From assembly GCA_965204535.1 (NCBI GenBank), contig CBDBEV010000001.1, positions 1,248,001 through 1,312,000 on the forward strand: DNA of 64,000 bases. The letters are read 5' to 3'. The notes under the pieces are model-generated. The model was not told the DNA's origin and did not search any database. It saw only the letters and a program-made list of their open reading frames with translations. The number at the start of each line of letters is the position of its first letter. The first letter of the stretch is position 1. Below, piece by piece: positions 53,309 through 63,090 of this stretch. The position numbers and the translations under genes were made by a program. Source of the DNA: a bacterium. Lineage in GTDB: Bacteria; UBA8248.

Positions 53309-54637
53309 ATGCGGAGGAAATTTCAGAAAAAAGTCCACCTGGCGTTTTTGAGCTCCCTGGTGGCGATTGGGGCGATGCTGACCCTCTACCACGCCACCGC
53401 TGCGCAAAAGACGCCTCCCGTCTTGGTGCTGGACGTGGCCGACGCCATATCGCCGGGCACTTCCGAGTACATCGCATTCGGCATCGAGGAGGCCGCCAGG
53501 AGGGGGGCGCAACTCCTCGTCATCCGCCTCGATACCCCCGGCGGTCTGGTCACCAGCACGCGCGATATCGTGAAGGCGATATTCGGCGCGAGCGTTCCCG
53601 TGGCGGTATACGTCGCTCCGGGAGGGGCGCGGGCCGCCTCCGCCGGCACGTTCATCACCATGTCGGCCCACATCGCCGCCATGGCGCCGGGAACGAACAT
53701 CGGCGCCGCCTCTCCCGTTTCGGGCGGGGGGAAGCAGATTCAGGGCGATATGCGCAAAAAGGCGATGAACGACGTGGCCGCTTTCGCGCGGGCGGTGGCC
53801 TCGCGCACCGGGCGCAATACCGAGTGGGCGGAGAGCGCGGTCCGCGAGGCGATATCCGTGGATGAGGCCGAAGCCCTGAAGCAAAAGGTCATCGATCTGG
53901 TGGCCGCGGACGTGCGGTCGCTTCTGCTTGCGGTGCACGGCAAAGAGATAAAGCTCGCCGGCGGCGACACCGTCACCCTCTCGACCAGGGGGGCGGAGCA
54001 AATCGTGCTCGAGCGAAGCTGGCGCCAGAAAGTGCTCACCCTTTTGAGCGACCCCAACATCGCCTATATCCTGATGCTCCTGGGGATGTACGGGTTGTTC
54101 TTTGAACTCTCGAATCCCGGCTCCATACTGCCCGGCGTGGTGGGGGCCATCAGCCTGCTGCTGGCGCTCTACGCCCTCAAGGTCTTGCCGGTGAACTATG
54201 TGGGGCTTCTCTTGATGGGACTTGCCGTCATCATGTTTCTCCTGGAGATCCAGGTGGTCAGCTACGGGGGTCTGACCATCGGCGGAATCATCGCCATGAC
54301 GCTCGGTTCGGTCATGCTCATCGACTCGCCGGACCCCTACCTGCAAATCAGCCTGAAGGTGATTCTGCCGGCTGTCGCCGGAACGGCCTTTTTCTTTGTC
54401 TGGCTCGTGGGGATGGGCTTTCGCGCCCAGCGGACGCGGCCGGTCTCGGGTTCTGAGGGGATGCTCGACCAGTCCGGCGTCGTGAGCGCATTATCCGGAG
54501 AAGGGTCGCCGGCCCAGGTTCGGGTGCACGGCGAGATATGGCTGGCGGATTCTCAGGAACCGCTGGAAATCGGGGACAAAGTCCGCGTGGTCTCGGTGGA
54601 GGGCCTCAGGCTCCGCGTCGAGAAGGAGGGTGCATAA
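53309..54637 (+). CDS. nfeD: NfeD membrane-bound serine protease (long form)
   Basis: LDTPGG, RAASAG, GTNIGAASPV, C-terminal OB fold VRVHGEIW. Confidence 0.93.
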   Translation: MRRKFQKKVHLAFLSSLVAIGAMLTLYHATAAQKTPPVLVLDVADAISPGTSEYIAFGIEEAARRGAQLLVIRLDTPGGLVTSTRDIVKAIFGASVPVAVYVAPGGARAASAGTFITMSAHIAAMAPGTNIGAASPVSGGGKQIQGDMRKKAMNDVAAFARAVASRTGRNTEWAESAVREAISVDEAEALKQKVIDLVAADVRSLLLAVHGKEIKLAGGDTVTLSTRGAEQIVLERSWRQKVLTLLSDPNIAYILMLLGMYGLFFELSNPGSILPGVVGAISLLLALYALKVLPVNYVGLLLMGLAVIMFLLEIQVVSYGGLTIGGIIAMTLGSVMLIDSPDPYLQISLKVILPAVAGTAFFFVWLVGMGFRAQRTRPVSGSEGMLDQSGVVSALSGEGSPAQVRVHGEIWLADSQEPLEIGDKVRVVSVEGLRLRVEKEGA

Positions 54638-55429
54638 ATGAATTGGAGTTTGATCATCGCCGCTATCATCATCTTGTTGTTCTTCGCGAGCGCCATCCGC
54701 GTGCTGAACGAATACGAGCGCGGGGTCATCTTCCGGCTGGGGCGCTTCCATTCCACCAAGGGGCCCGGCCTCATCATCGTGCTTCCGGTGATCGACCGCA
54801 TGACCCGCGTGGGCCTGCGGCTGGTGACGATGGACGTGCCGCCGCAGGATATCGTCACGAAGGACAACGTGTCGGTGAAGGTGAACGCCGTGGTCTACTT
54901 CCGCGTGCTGACGCCCGAGCGCGCCGTCATCGAGGTGGAGGATTTCCTCTACGCCACGGGCCAGTTGAGCCAGACGACGCTCAGGAGCGTGCTCGGCCAG
55001 ATGGAGCTCGACGATCTGCTCTCGGAGCGCGAGAAGATCAACACCCAGCTCCAGGAACTCCTCGATCACGCCACCGATCCCTGGGGCATCAAGGTCACCA
55101 ACGTGGAGCTCAAGCACGTGGACCTTCCCGGCGAGATGCAGCGCGCCATCGCCCGCCAGGCCGAGGCCGAGCGCGAGCGCCGCGCCAAGGTCATCCACGC
55201 CGAGGGCGAATACCAGGCGAGCGAGCGGCTGTCCGAGGCCGCCGCCACCATCGCCACGGCCCCGGGCGCGCTCCAGCTTCGCTTCCTGCAGACGCTTTCG
55301 GAAGTCGCCACCGAGAACAACTCGACCATCGTCTTCCCCTTGCCGCTCGACCTGCTCAAGCCCTTCGTGGACAGGCAGACGGGCGGGGACGACGCGCCCA
55401 AAGGAGAGATAGAGGCCGGCGGCGCATAG
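54638..55429 (+). CDS. Slipin/stomatin SPFH-domain protein
   Basis: [42 protein letters not shown]. Confidence 0.95.
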   Translation: MNWSLIIAAIIILLFFASAIRVLNEYERGVIFRLGRFHSTKGPGLIIVLPVIDRMTRVGLRLVTMDVPPQDIVTKDNVSVKVNAVVYFRVLTPERAVIEVEDFLYATGQLSQTTLRSVLGQMELDDLLSEREKINTQLQELLDHATDPWGIKVTNVELKHVDLPGEMQRAIARQAEAERERRAKVIHAEGEYQASERLSEAAATIATAPGALQLRFLQTLSEVATENNSTIVFPLPLDLLKPFVDRQTGGDDAPKGEIEAGGA

Positions 55430-55961
55430 CGCGCAAACCCGGGCAGTTGTGGGCAAATGCGCGGGTTCCCAAAAAACTTTTTTTGCCGCTATATCTGAGT
55501 GTGATACGCTCAGATTTATGTGATAACCCCTTTTATTACAACCCTTTATCTGACCATCATTTTTCAGGAATTTATCGAAAAACCCCGTGAATTTATCGAA
55601 TTTTACGGGAAATATGATTATTTGCATTTCAACGTCCCCCTTGCATCCACGAACATGATTTCTCTCCTCAAAACGATTCGCGCCCCTTCCTGATGAGCGC
55701 GCGTGGGCGGCGATTGCCCCTTTTCTTCGCCGCGCGCACGATACCGGAATCCGCCATGTCAGAGAGTACGGCAATTGCGGGGAAATGCGGGGTGAGGGCT
55801 TGGTTGGAGAAAAGTCCATAACCCGACTTTTAGAATGCTTTTGAGAGAAATTGACGTTGTTGAGTTGGAAAGAGTGAAGGGTAAATCAAAAAACGGAGAA
55901 AATGATTTCCCGCCCGCCTCCGGTGGTTCACTTTTCGTGGTAAACGCATAGGGGTGTTGCG

Positions 55962-56633
55962 TCATCCACCCGCGAGCTTCGCGGCTTCACGAATCGCGTG
56001 GGTCAGGCGGCCTACGGTAGTCGAAGGGTTTCCGTATGGATTACCCCCCTGTTCTCGGTTTTCAAGCTGTCTTTTACTGCGCTCTTCGGCATCTTCGACT
56101 CGGGCGAGCATCTCGTCGCAGTCGGGCGTTTTTGCACCACTCATGTCATATTCCGGTCGCAGGGATTCAAGAATTTTTTGCATCTCATGGCGATCTTCGG
56201 CCCGGTCGTGATCAGTCTCGTGCAGAACCAGCCAAAGCTCGAAACATGGGTTGGAGCGGCCGACGTGGACGCCGCCTCGTTCGCAGAGCGCCACCGCTTC
56301 GTCGAAACGAGGATGCTCGTCTCTGTCGAATACCGCCCAGACCTGATCGTTTTCCTCGAACGAATCCTTTTTCCTGCGACTGCGTGGGTCGAGTCCCAGA
56401 GATCGTGCGAGTTTGACGGCATTTTCTGCGATGGTGTAGGGAACGCCTATAGCAGGGTTAGTTTCTACTTCTACTAGGGTGTCTCTATAGGCGCGTTTGA
56501 TCGCGCCGAAATAGGCTGGTTCCGTCTTCTTTCCCTCAAAAAACAGGATGAAGCGGCGTTTCGGTTCCTGTATATAGCGGCGACGCCTAAGGTTCGGGAC
56601 GTCGCGCCAAGCGGCCCTAGTTCGCCGCGCCAA
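55962..56633 (-). CDS. rloB: RloB family protein
   Basis: FEGKKTEPAYF, VWAVFDRD, SNPCFELWLVLH, NPSTTV; probable TTG start overlapping the ATPase end. Confidence 0.88.
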   Translation of the reverse strand: MARRTRAAWRDVPNLRRRRYIQEPKRRFILFFEGKKTEPAYFGAIKRAYRDTLVEVETNPAIGVPYTIAENAVKLARSLGLDPRSRRKKDSFEENDQVWAVFDRDEHPRFDEAVALCERGGVHVGRSNPCFELWLVLHETDHDRAEDRHEMQKILESLRPEYDMSGAKTPDCDEMLARVEDAEERSKRQLENREQGGNPYGNPSTTVGRLTHAIREAAKLAGG

Positions 56634-57897
56634 GAGTTGAACCAGTAGCCGTGATGGAATCGATGAAGGGAACTCCACCGTAGCGGCCCTGCAGATATCC
56701 CTTTTCGATATTATCGCCCTTGCGGGTTCGGATGTCGGTCAAGGGATAGAGTCGGGTAGCGCCTTCGTTGTCTTTTTCAATGAACCAGACCTCATCACGC
56801 CGGAGTAAGGATGATTTCAGCAAGTTGGTGTCGTGGGTCGTCGCAATGAGTTGCGCGCCTTTGGGATTGGTCTCCCGCGAGCAGAATAGTTTCAGCACAG
56901 CTTCAGCAGCTTGGGTGTGCAGGCTGGCGTCCAGTTCATCAATGAACAAGGGCGTGCCCTCGTCGAGCGCGCGAAATGCGAGAGCAAGCACGATCAATAA
57001 CCGCCGCGTTCCAGCGCTCTCACTGTCCAACTCGAGATAGAACGGCTCACTACCCTGCCCACGATGGGCGAGTTCGATGGTAACATGCTTATCTTTAACC
57101 TCCGGTGGTTCGGAGCCGCCTATCTTCTTGAACAACGTGAATAGTTCCCTTTGAATTCCTTGCATTTCTTCTGAAAGTTCGGATTCTCTTTGTCTGTAGC
57201 CGATGACCCCGGTATCAATCTTTCCAAGGAAGTCGATTACCCGGTCATCCTGTTTTTCCTCGGCCAATCGTGATGAAATCGCCTCCTCGGGGACGCCGAT
57301 GCTCCAGTCGGCGCGGAGGGATCTAAAGTACCCGAATACTTCTGAAAGCTGTTCGTGGCCGTTTTGGGCCGCCGCGGAAACGAACAGGCTATTGGGTCTC
57401 GTCAAGCCCGCGATGACTTTGTTTTGTCCCTTCAATCCGCGTCCGAAACGAAATTCATCCCCGGTGCGCTCGAACAACGTCTGGCGATGGGACTTGGGAA
57501 AGGCGTACAGCCATTCGGACTCGAACGCCGTATCTGAGACCTCGAAGCCGTAGTGGTGCCGCACGCCGTCGATGAGAAAATCGATATCGAAACGAGTCGG
57601 TAGCCGGGGGCCGTCGTCATCGAGCCTGAAAGGATGGCGCGGAACATCGCCATCTGCTTCCCAGTGGGTTTGTGAGTGCAACACCATGCCTCGCATGGTG
57701 CTTATCGCGTCAATGAGGTTGCTCTTGCCCGACGCATTTGCGCCGTAGATGACGACCGCCGGTAAAACCGAGCCACTCGGAGCCGCCGCGCAGTCGATGA
57801 GTTCTTCTTGCCGCTCTTTCAGCGAAGACGCTGCAAGCGACAATTCCTGGTAATCGCGGATGGAGAGATGGTTGGAGACGCCGAAGTGAAGCAACAT
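56617..57897 (-). CDS. RloA-like AAA ATPase (AAA_21)
   Basis: IYGANASGKSN, ESAGTRR, IDELDASLH, QLIATTHD, YLQGRYGGVP. Confidence 0.92.
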   Translation of the reverse strand: MLLHFGVSNHLSIRDYQELSLAASSLKERQEELIDCAAAPSGSVLPAVVIYGANASGKSNLIDAISTMRGMVLHSQTHWEADGDVPRHPFRLDDDGPRLPTRFDIDFLIDGVRHHYGFEVSDTAFESEWLYAFPKSHRQTLFERTGDEFRFGRGLKGQNKVIAGLTRPNSLFVSAAAQNGHEQLSEVFGYFRSLRADWSIGVPEEAISSRLAEEKQDDRVIDFLGKIDTGVIGYRQRESELSEEMQGIQRELFTLFKKIGGSEPPEVKDKHVTIELAHRGQGSEPFYLELDSESAGTRRLLIVLALAFRALDEGTPLFIDELDASLHTQAAEAVLKLFCSRETNPKGAQLIATTHDTNLLKSSLLRRDEVWFIEKDNEGATRLYPLTDIRTRKGDNIEKGYLQGRYGGVPFIDSITATGSTLGAAN

Positions 57898-58087
57898 GAC
57901 AATTATCTCCTTTTTTTGACGTTTAATATGCCAAGAAAAAGGTTAATTTGAGAAAATATAACATTTTGTCAAGTAAAATTGCAATATCTTTGCATCGAAC
58001 CTGCCCCTGCGCGCCTTCCTCGCGTTTTGGGTTCGACCCTCAAAGGGGAGTATTTTCGCCGACGACCGGAGAGGGATTTTGCTCTTG

Positions 58088-58452
58088 CAGGGACAGCTCG
58101 CGAGCCGCCCCTACGGGTTCAGAAATATCCGCGAGCCGACCGGGCGGACACTTCCGAGCTTCTTTTCCTCAGGAAGCTCGACGCCCCTGCAAAACCCTAC
58201 ACCCCCGTCACCCCTCAATATCCCGAATCCACCGGGGTCCGACGCTGTCGCCATACCCCCACCCGTTCGAAGCCGATCGAACATCTCAAGACCCGGGATC
58301 GGTGAGGAATGGCGGTTGCAGGGACAGGCCCTCCTCGGGGTTGTCCTGCCCTCCGTGGTTGTCCTTTGCAGGATGGTTGCCACCAGGACAGGCACGGCTA
58401 CGGGATCATCACGCCGCCGCCCGGACGCATGGTTTGCTTCTTCAACAACCCC
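58088..58452. repeat. REP/MITE remnant mosaic
   Basis: GCAGGGACAGCTCGCGAGCCGCCCCTAC, a GCAGGGACAGG...GGTTGTCCTGCCC module (related to 5136-5222) and a TTCAACAACCCC end. Confidence 0.7.
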
Positions 58453-58492
58453 GTCCGGGGGAAAGTGGAATGAAAACTTCTGAATCGGGAGG

Positions 58493-59287
58493 CTAGATCG
58501 AGAGCCAGCCGCCGTCGATCGCCAGCGTGTGGCCGGTCACCATCGAGGAGGCGGGGCTCGCGAGGTAGAGGATGCCGCCGGCGATTTCCTCGGGCTCGCC
58601 GAGCCGGCCGAGCGGCGTGCGCGCCTCGATCTCGTCCACGAGCTCGGGCCGCCGCCGGCGCAGGTCGGCGCCGAGTTCGGTGTAGAAGAAGGTCGGCGCG
58701 ATGGCGTTCACCCGGACCCCCCGGCCCGCCCATTCGGCGGCGAGCGAGCGGGTCATGTTGACGATCGCCCCCTTGGTCGCCTGGTAGGGGACGTGGGGAA
58801 TCATCGGGTTCGCCCGGAACCCCATGATCGAGGCGATCGAGACGATCCGCCCCTCCCCCTGGGCCAGCATGTGCTTCGCCGCCCGGCGCGCGCAGACGAA
58901 CGGGGCGGTCATGTTGATCTCGACCACCTCGTCCCAGTCCTCGTCGGGAAACGACTCGGCCGGTCCGGGCCGGATGATGCCGGCATTGTTGATCAGGATG
59001 TGAAGCCCGCCGAACTGCTCGGCCGCTTGGTCGATCACGGTGTCGATGCGCTTGCGGTCGGCAACGTCGAGCCGCCAGGACTCTGCAACTCCGCCGGCGT
59101 TGCGGATCTCCGCCGTGACCCGCTCGGCCGCGGCCGCATCGATATCTGTGACCGCGACATGCGCCCCCGCGCCGGCGAGCGCGAGCGCGGCGATTCGTCC
59201 CAGCCCGCCGCCCGCCCCGGTGACCAGCGCGCTGTCGCCGTCGATGCGGAACAGCTTGTCTATCGAAACCTCCCCGAAGCCCGCCAT
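58493..59287 (-). CDS. Short-chain dehydrogenase/reductase
   Basis: TGAGGGLG, NNAG, YQATK, RVNAIAPT. Confidence 0.92.
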   Translation of the reverse strand: MAGFGEVSIDKLFRIDGDSALVTGAGGGLGRIAALALAGAGAHVAVTDIDAAAAERVTAEIRNAGGVAESWRLDVADRKRIDTVIDQAAEQFGGLHILINNAGIIRPGPAESFPDEDWDEVVEINMTAPFVCARRAAKHMLAQGEGRIVSIASIMGFRANPMIPHVPYQATKGAIVNMTRSLAAEWAGRGVRVNAIAPTFFYTELGADLRRRRPELVDEIEARTPLGRLGEPEEIAGGILYLASPASSMVTGHTLAIDGGWLSI

Positions 59288-59565
59288 GGCCGCCTCCTTG
59301 AAGACCCCTCCGGTCCCGCATCCCCCCGCCGCTCGCCCGCGCGGTCGGGCACAGCGGGATTTGCGCCCACATACGCCCCCGCAGAAGCCGGTGTTGTTCG
59401 GGCTGATCCCGTCCTGCGCTGAACTCCGGGGCCGTATCGCCTCTCACCCTGACACTTCGGGATCGATTGAGCAAGGAGCAGTCTGGTGAGAGAGGAGCGT
59501 GACCCATTCGGGGAGTGGGGGTTTACGGGTTTTGAACGTCAGTCTGACGTCAATCACGACCGAAG

Positions 59566-60130
59566 GGGGGTGTTGAAAAACCTTCTCGGTTGGAATTGAC
59601 GATGCGTTTCGTGGGTGCTCCGATTCGGGCGTCGTTGCGGAGACGGCTGATGCGGTTCACAACGAAGCCGTCATTCCGGCGAAAGCCGGAATCCAGAGCA
59701 GACGGGGATACCGAATCGCAGCAAGGCCAAGAAAAACGATAAACCGAAAAGACAAATACAAAAACAAAGTCTCTGGATTCCGGCATGTGCCGGAATGACG
59801 ATCAAAACCGCATTCACCAGTAGAGGCGGCCACCCGTGGCCGCTCGTATCGAATATGTCCATCCCCGTGGTTGCGCTTCGCAGGGACAGGCCCCCATGCC
59901 TGTCCCTGCGCACCCTTGCAACCCTTTTACTCTCTCCCCGTGATCGTTGAAAAAACCCCTTTTCAGGGGGGAGAGGGGGGTCATGCAGAGGCTATTTTCC
60001 GGCGTCCCTCGATACGCCCCTTGCGGGCCTACTCGGGATGAGGAGCGTTGTGAGATTCTCCAGAAGGGTGTCGTAGGGGCGCTTCGTGAAGCGCCCGTTT
60101 CTCCGGCAAGGGCCCGTTCGCGAACCGCTC
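59566..60130. repeat. REP/MITE mosaic
   Basis: GGGGGTGTTGAAAAA end, CGTC REP doublet at 59669-59800, GTAG-type REPs near 59820, 59880 and 60073, and CCCTCGATACG...CTACTCGGGATGAGG at 60006. Confidence 0.8.
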
Positions 60131-60172
60131 CTGCGGATTCGATTGCTCAACCGCCTCCGCCCCCTGAGAAAC

Positions 60173-60664
60173 CTACCTGTCTATCGGGTCGCGCGGGTCG
60201 AACTCGCTTCCCCACACGCCGCGCCGGTATCGCTTGGCGAGGTTTTCGGCCTCTATCAGCTCCTTTCGGTAGCGCACGTTGGGGTGTTTCACGAGAGCGC
60301 GGCCCAGACCCCGCAGCACCACGAGCGCGTTCACGTGGCCGCCTTCTTCGAGGAAGACGTAGTAGAGGGTCTGTCCTGAGGCGTCCACGGGTTTTTCGTC
60401 GATTTCGAGGCTCACCGTCCGGTTCTCGATGAGGCGCTTCAAGTACGCATGGGCCTGGCTCGCGCCCGGCGCGCCGGGAGCGGGGGCGGACACGCCGATG
60501 AGGGCGGAGCGCAGCCCGCCGCCGAGTTGAAAGCTCGCCCCGTCGTAGACCTTGGTGACGCGCGCCTTGAGGCGTCTTCGGGCCTCGGCCCCCTGGGCCG
60601 GCGCGGGTGAACTCATCATAGCGGCGAGCGCGAGCGCGCACAGAAAGAGAGTCGGTTTTTTCAT
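60173..60664 (-). CDS. Exported thermonuclease (SNase)-fold protein, probably catalytically inactive
   Basis: Signal peptide; VTKVYDGASF, LIGVSAP, YLKRLIE, VNALVVLRGLG, AENLAKRYRRGVW. Confidence 0.8.
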   Translation of the reverse strand: MKKPTLFLCALALAAMMSSPAPAQGAEARRRLKARVTKVYDGASFQLGGGLRSALIGVSAPAPGAPGASQAHAYLKRLIENRTVSLEIDEKPVDASGQTLYYVFLEEGGHVNALVVLRGLGRALVKHPNVRYRKELIEAENLAKRYRRGVWGSEFDPRDPIDR

Positions 60665-60863
60665 CCTCGCCTCGTTCGTGTTTTATCGGGGACAGCCCCG
60701 GAATCCTTCGCGTTCCAGTGGAAATATCCGCGTCATGGGAGCTTGTTTATACCACAGGGCGAGGCGGTGCGCTGAACCCCGGCTAAGGAAGGAAGAATAG
60801 CGCGCCGAGGTTTTCCTCGTCCGCGGCAAACCCTCCCTCATCGGTCGAGACGAACCACCCCGC

Positions 60864-61074
60864 CGTCATTCCGGCGAAAGCCGGAATCCAGAACCGAGGA
60901 GAGGGAAGATGCGGTGGCGTTTGATTCCATTTCTCCATCGGTCGGATTCGGCAGCAAAAAATGAAAAGCGAAAAACAAAATCCCTGGATTCCGGCTTTCG
61001 CCGGAATGACGATGCGGTTAATTCCGGGAGGAAGGGAGGTCCCCTTGTAGGGGCGGTTCGCGAACCGCCCCTAC
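60864..61074. repeat. CGTC REP doublet plus GTAG REP
   Basis: CGTCATTCCGGCGAAAGCCGGAATCCAG ... CTGGATTCCGGCTTTCGCCGGAATGACG; GTAGGGGCGGTTCGCGAACCGCCCCTAC. Confidence 0.88.
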
Positions 61075-61293
61075 TCCTTCCTGCAACTGCCGACGCCCGA
61101 GATGGCGGTCGCGCGCGTCGCGCAGCGCGTTCTTGAAGGAGGCCACGACGTGCCCGGTGAGGTGATCCGAAGACGGTTCGACGCCAGCCGGCGCAACTTC
61201 GAGCAAATCTATCGAGGCTTGGTCGACGGGTGGATTCTGTACGATAATTCGGGCGATGAACCGAAGCGACTGGCGGAGGAGTCGAGGGTATGA
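61075..61293 (+). pseudogene. 5'-truncated zeta-toxin-like P-loop ATPase (COG4185-type)
   Basis: FLQLPTPEMAVARVAQRVLEGGHDVPGEVIRRRF...WILYDNS matches the family C-terminus; the Walker A half is missing and homology starts at the REP end. Confidence 0.8.
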
Positions 61294-61508
61294 ATTCAAA
61301 AGGCGAAAGCCCGGCGCAAAAGCCTCGCGATCCTGACTTCGTCGGCGCCGATGCGGCGATGCGCCGTGCGGCCAAACGCGCGCAGTTGCGAGCGAAAGAA
61401 ACTGCTAAAATGGCCGCGGCGAACAAAGGAAGCGCCGGATCGGGCGAAATTCATAGAACGAACACTGGGCGCGACCCGCGCGAGCGAAGCCCCCGAAAGC
61501 CGGAGTGA
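61290..61508 (+). CDS. Small partner protein of the zeta-like ATPase (putative antitoxin)
   Basis: ATGA overlap; DPDFVGADAAMRRAAKRA motif resembles small genes that follow COG4185 genes. Confidence 0.55.
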   Translation: MNSKGESPAQKPRDPDFVGADAAMRRAAKRAQLRAKETAKMAAANKGSAGSGEIHRTNTGRDPRERSPRKPE

Positions 61509-61692
61509 GACGGGTTGGCTCGGGCGATGGCGGCGGCGTCACCCGAATGCAACCACAGGGACAGGTCGCGGCCTGTCCCTGCAAGTTCCAGGGGCACGCC
61601 ACCATTCACGAACTTTGAGGCGAACCTGTGCGCCCCTTCGATGTATCCGGTTTTTCTCCCGCCTCCGCCCTCGTGCGCGGCCACGCTTTTGA

Positions 61693-61720
61693 TTGCGCAA
61701 GAGCGGTTATCGGCTATAAT
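61693..61720 (+). promoter_or_regulatory. Putative sigma70 promoter
   Basis: TTGCGC-16 nt-TATAAT upstream of 61770. Confidence 0.45.
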
Positions 61721-61769
61721 GGATGAAGTGGAAGCCGCCGAATGACGACGGACGAAACGGGGAAAGACG

Positions 61770-62057
61770 ATGACCACCTATGAATACCTCAACCTCATCG
61801 TCTCCTTTGGCGGTTTGGGGCTACTCTTTTACGGCATCCGCGTCATGGCGAAGAACGCCGATATGCGCGCGGCGGACTCCGAGCGCAAGCACAATGAGGC
61901 GATGACCGAATCCCGGCGCAGAGAGGAAGAGTCGTTGCGCAGGCACAACGAGACCATGACGTCACTTTCGCAAAGTAACGACGCGCTTCGCGAACTCATC
62001 GACGGACAGGCGGAAAGCCGCATGGCCCTGCGCGAACTCATCGAGCGAAACGGATAG
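61770..62057 (+). CDS. Hypothetical membrane-anchored coiled-coil protein
   Basis: N-terminal TM helix, then repeated (K/R)HNE.MT and ALRELI motifs. Confidence 0.7.
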   Translation: MTTYEYLNLIVSFGGLGLLFYGIRVMAKNADMRAADSERKHNEAMTESRRREEESLRRHNETMTSLSQSNDALRELIDGQAESRMALRELIERNG

Positions 62058-62150
62058 TCAATCCCTCTTTCATCCGGCGAATATGACCCGGAGGGGCCAT
62101 ATGCATCCTTACTTGGATTGGCCGCCGACCTGTAACATTGGAGACGAATC

Positions 62151-62762
62151 ATGAAATGGACCATACTGATGCTTGCCGCGCCGCTTTTACTCTTCGCACA
62201 CGCCGCGAGCGCGCAGAATCTCGAAAAGGCGATCTTCGCCGGCGGCTGCTTCTGGTGCGTGGAGTCTGATTTCGACAAGGTGCCGGGCGTGGTCTCGACG
62301 ACTTCGGGCTATACCGGCGGCAGGACCAAGAACCCGACCTACAAGGAAGTCACCTACGGCGACACGGGGCACTACGAGGCGGTGGAGATCACCTACGACC
62401 CGGCGAAGGTCAGCTATGAGGCGCTGCTCACCGCCTTCTGGCACTCGGTCGACCCGACGGATGACGGCGGCCAGTTCTGCGACCGGGGCGATTCCTACAA
62501 AACAGCCATTTTCGCCCTGAACGAGAAGCAGCGCAAGGCGGCAGAGGCCTCCAAGAAGGCGGCGCAAGAGGCTCTGGGCAAACCGATCGTCACCCCGATA
62601 CTCACCGCCGCCACGTTCTATCCCGCCGAGTATTATCACCAGAACTATTATCAGAATAATTCGTACCGCTACCGCTACTACCGCTTCTCGTGCGGCCGCG
62701 ACAGAAAGCTCAGGAACCTCTGGGGCGAGCACGCCTTCAAGGGCATCCCGAAACTCAACTGA
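62151..62762 (+). CDS. msrA: Peptide-methionine (S)-S-oxide reductase, exported
   Basis: Signal peptide, FAGGCFWC, GYTGG, GHYEAV, AEYYHQNYY. Confidence 0.96.
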   Translation: MKWTILMLAAPLLLFAHAASAQNLEKAIFAGGCFWCVESDFDKVPGVVSTTSGYTGGRTKNPTYKEVTYGDTGHYEAVEITYDPAKVSYEALLTAFWHSVDPTDDGGQFCDRGDSYKTAIFALNEKQRKAAEASKKAAQEALGKPIVTPILTAATFYPAEYYHQNYYQNNSYRYRYYRFSCGRDRKLRNLWGEHAFKGIPKLN

Positions 62763-62801
62763 AGCCGCGCCGTTCTCGGTCGCGGCAAACGCCCGCTCAC
62801 C

Positions 62802-63090
62802 GGGGTTGTAGAAAAAGATATCTTTTCAGGGGCAGAGGGGACGCCCCTCGATTGGAAAACCAACCCCCCCTACCCCCCCTTGACAGGGGGGTATAAAAAG
62901 GCGATGCGCTCCCCCAGGTCGAGGGGTTTTTGCTTTTTCTTGCCCCCTGTCAAGGGGGGGTAGGGGGGGTTGACGTTATGGGATTTCCCTTTCAAGGGGG
63001 TTGCCATTACCCTCTCAGGGGGTTTTTCAGCAACCCTCACGAAGGGGGTTGGGGGGTTATTCCCTTGACAATGACTTTTTCAACAACCCC
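62802..63090. mobile_element. MITE-like element
   Basis: GGGGTTGTAGAAAAA ... TTTTTCAACAACCCC; core shared with 15068-15241. Confidence 0.8.

Noticed and set aside
53309-55429. NfeD-slipin pair as a novel system
   Set aside because: Well-known conserved operon.
55690-55750. CTGATGAG followed by a GC stem, resembling a hammerhead ribozyme
   Set aside because: The required GAAA after stem II is absent (reads ACGATAC).
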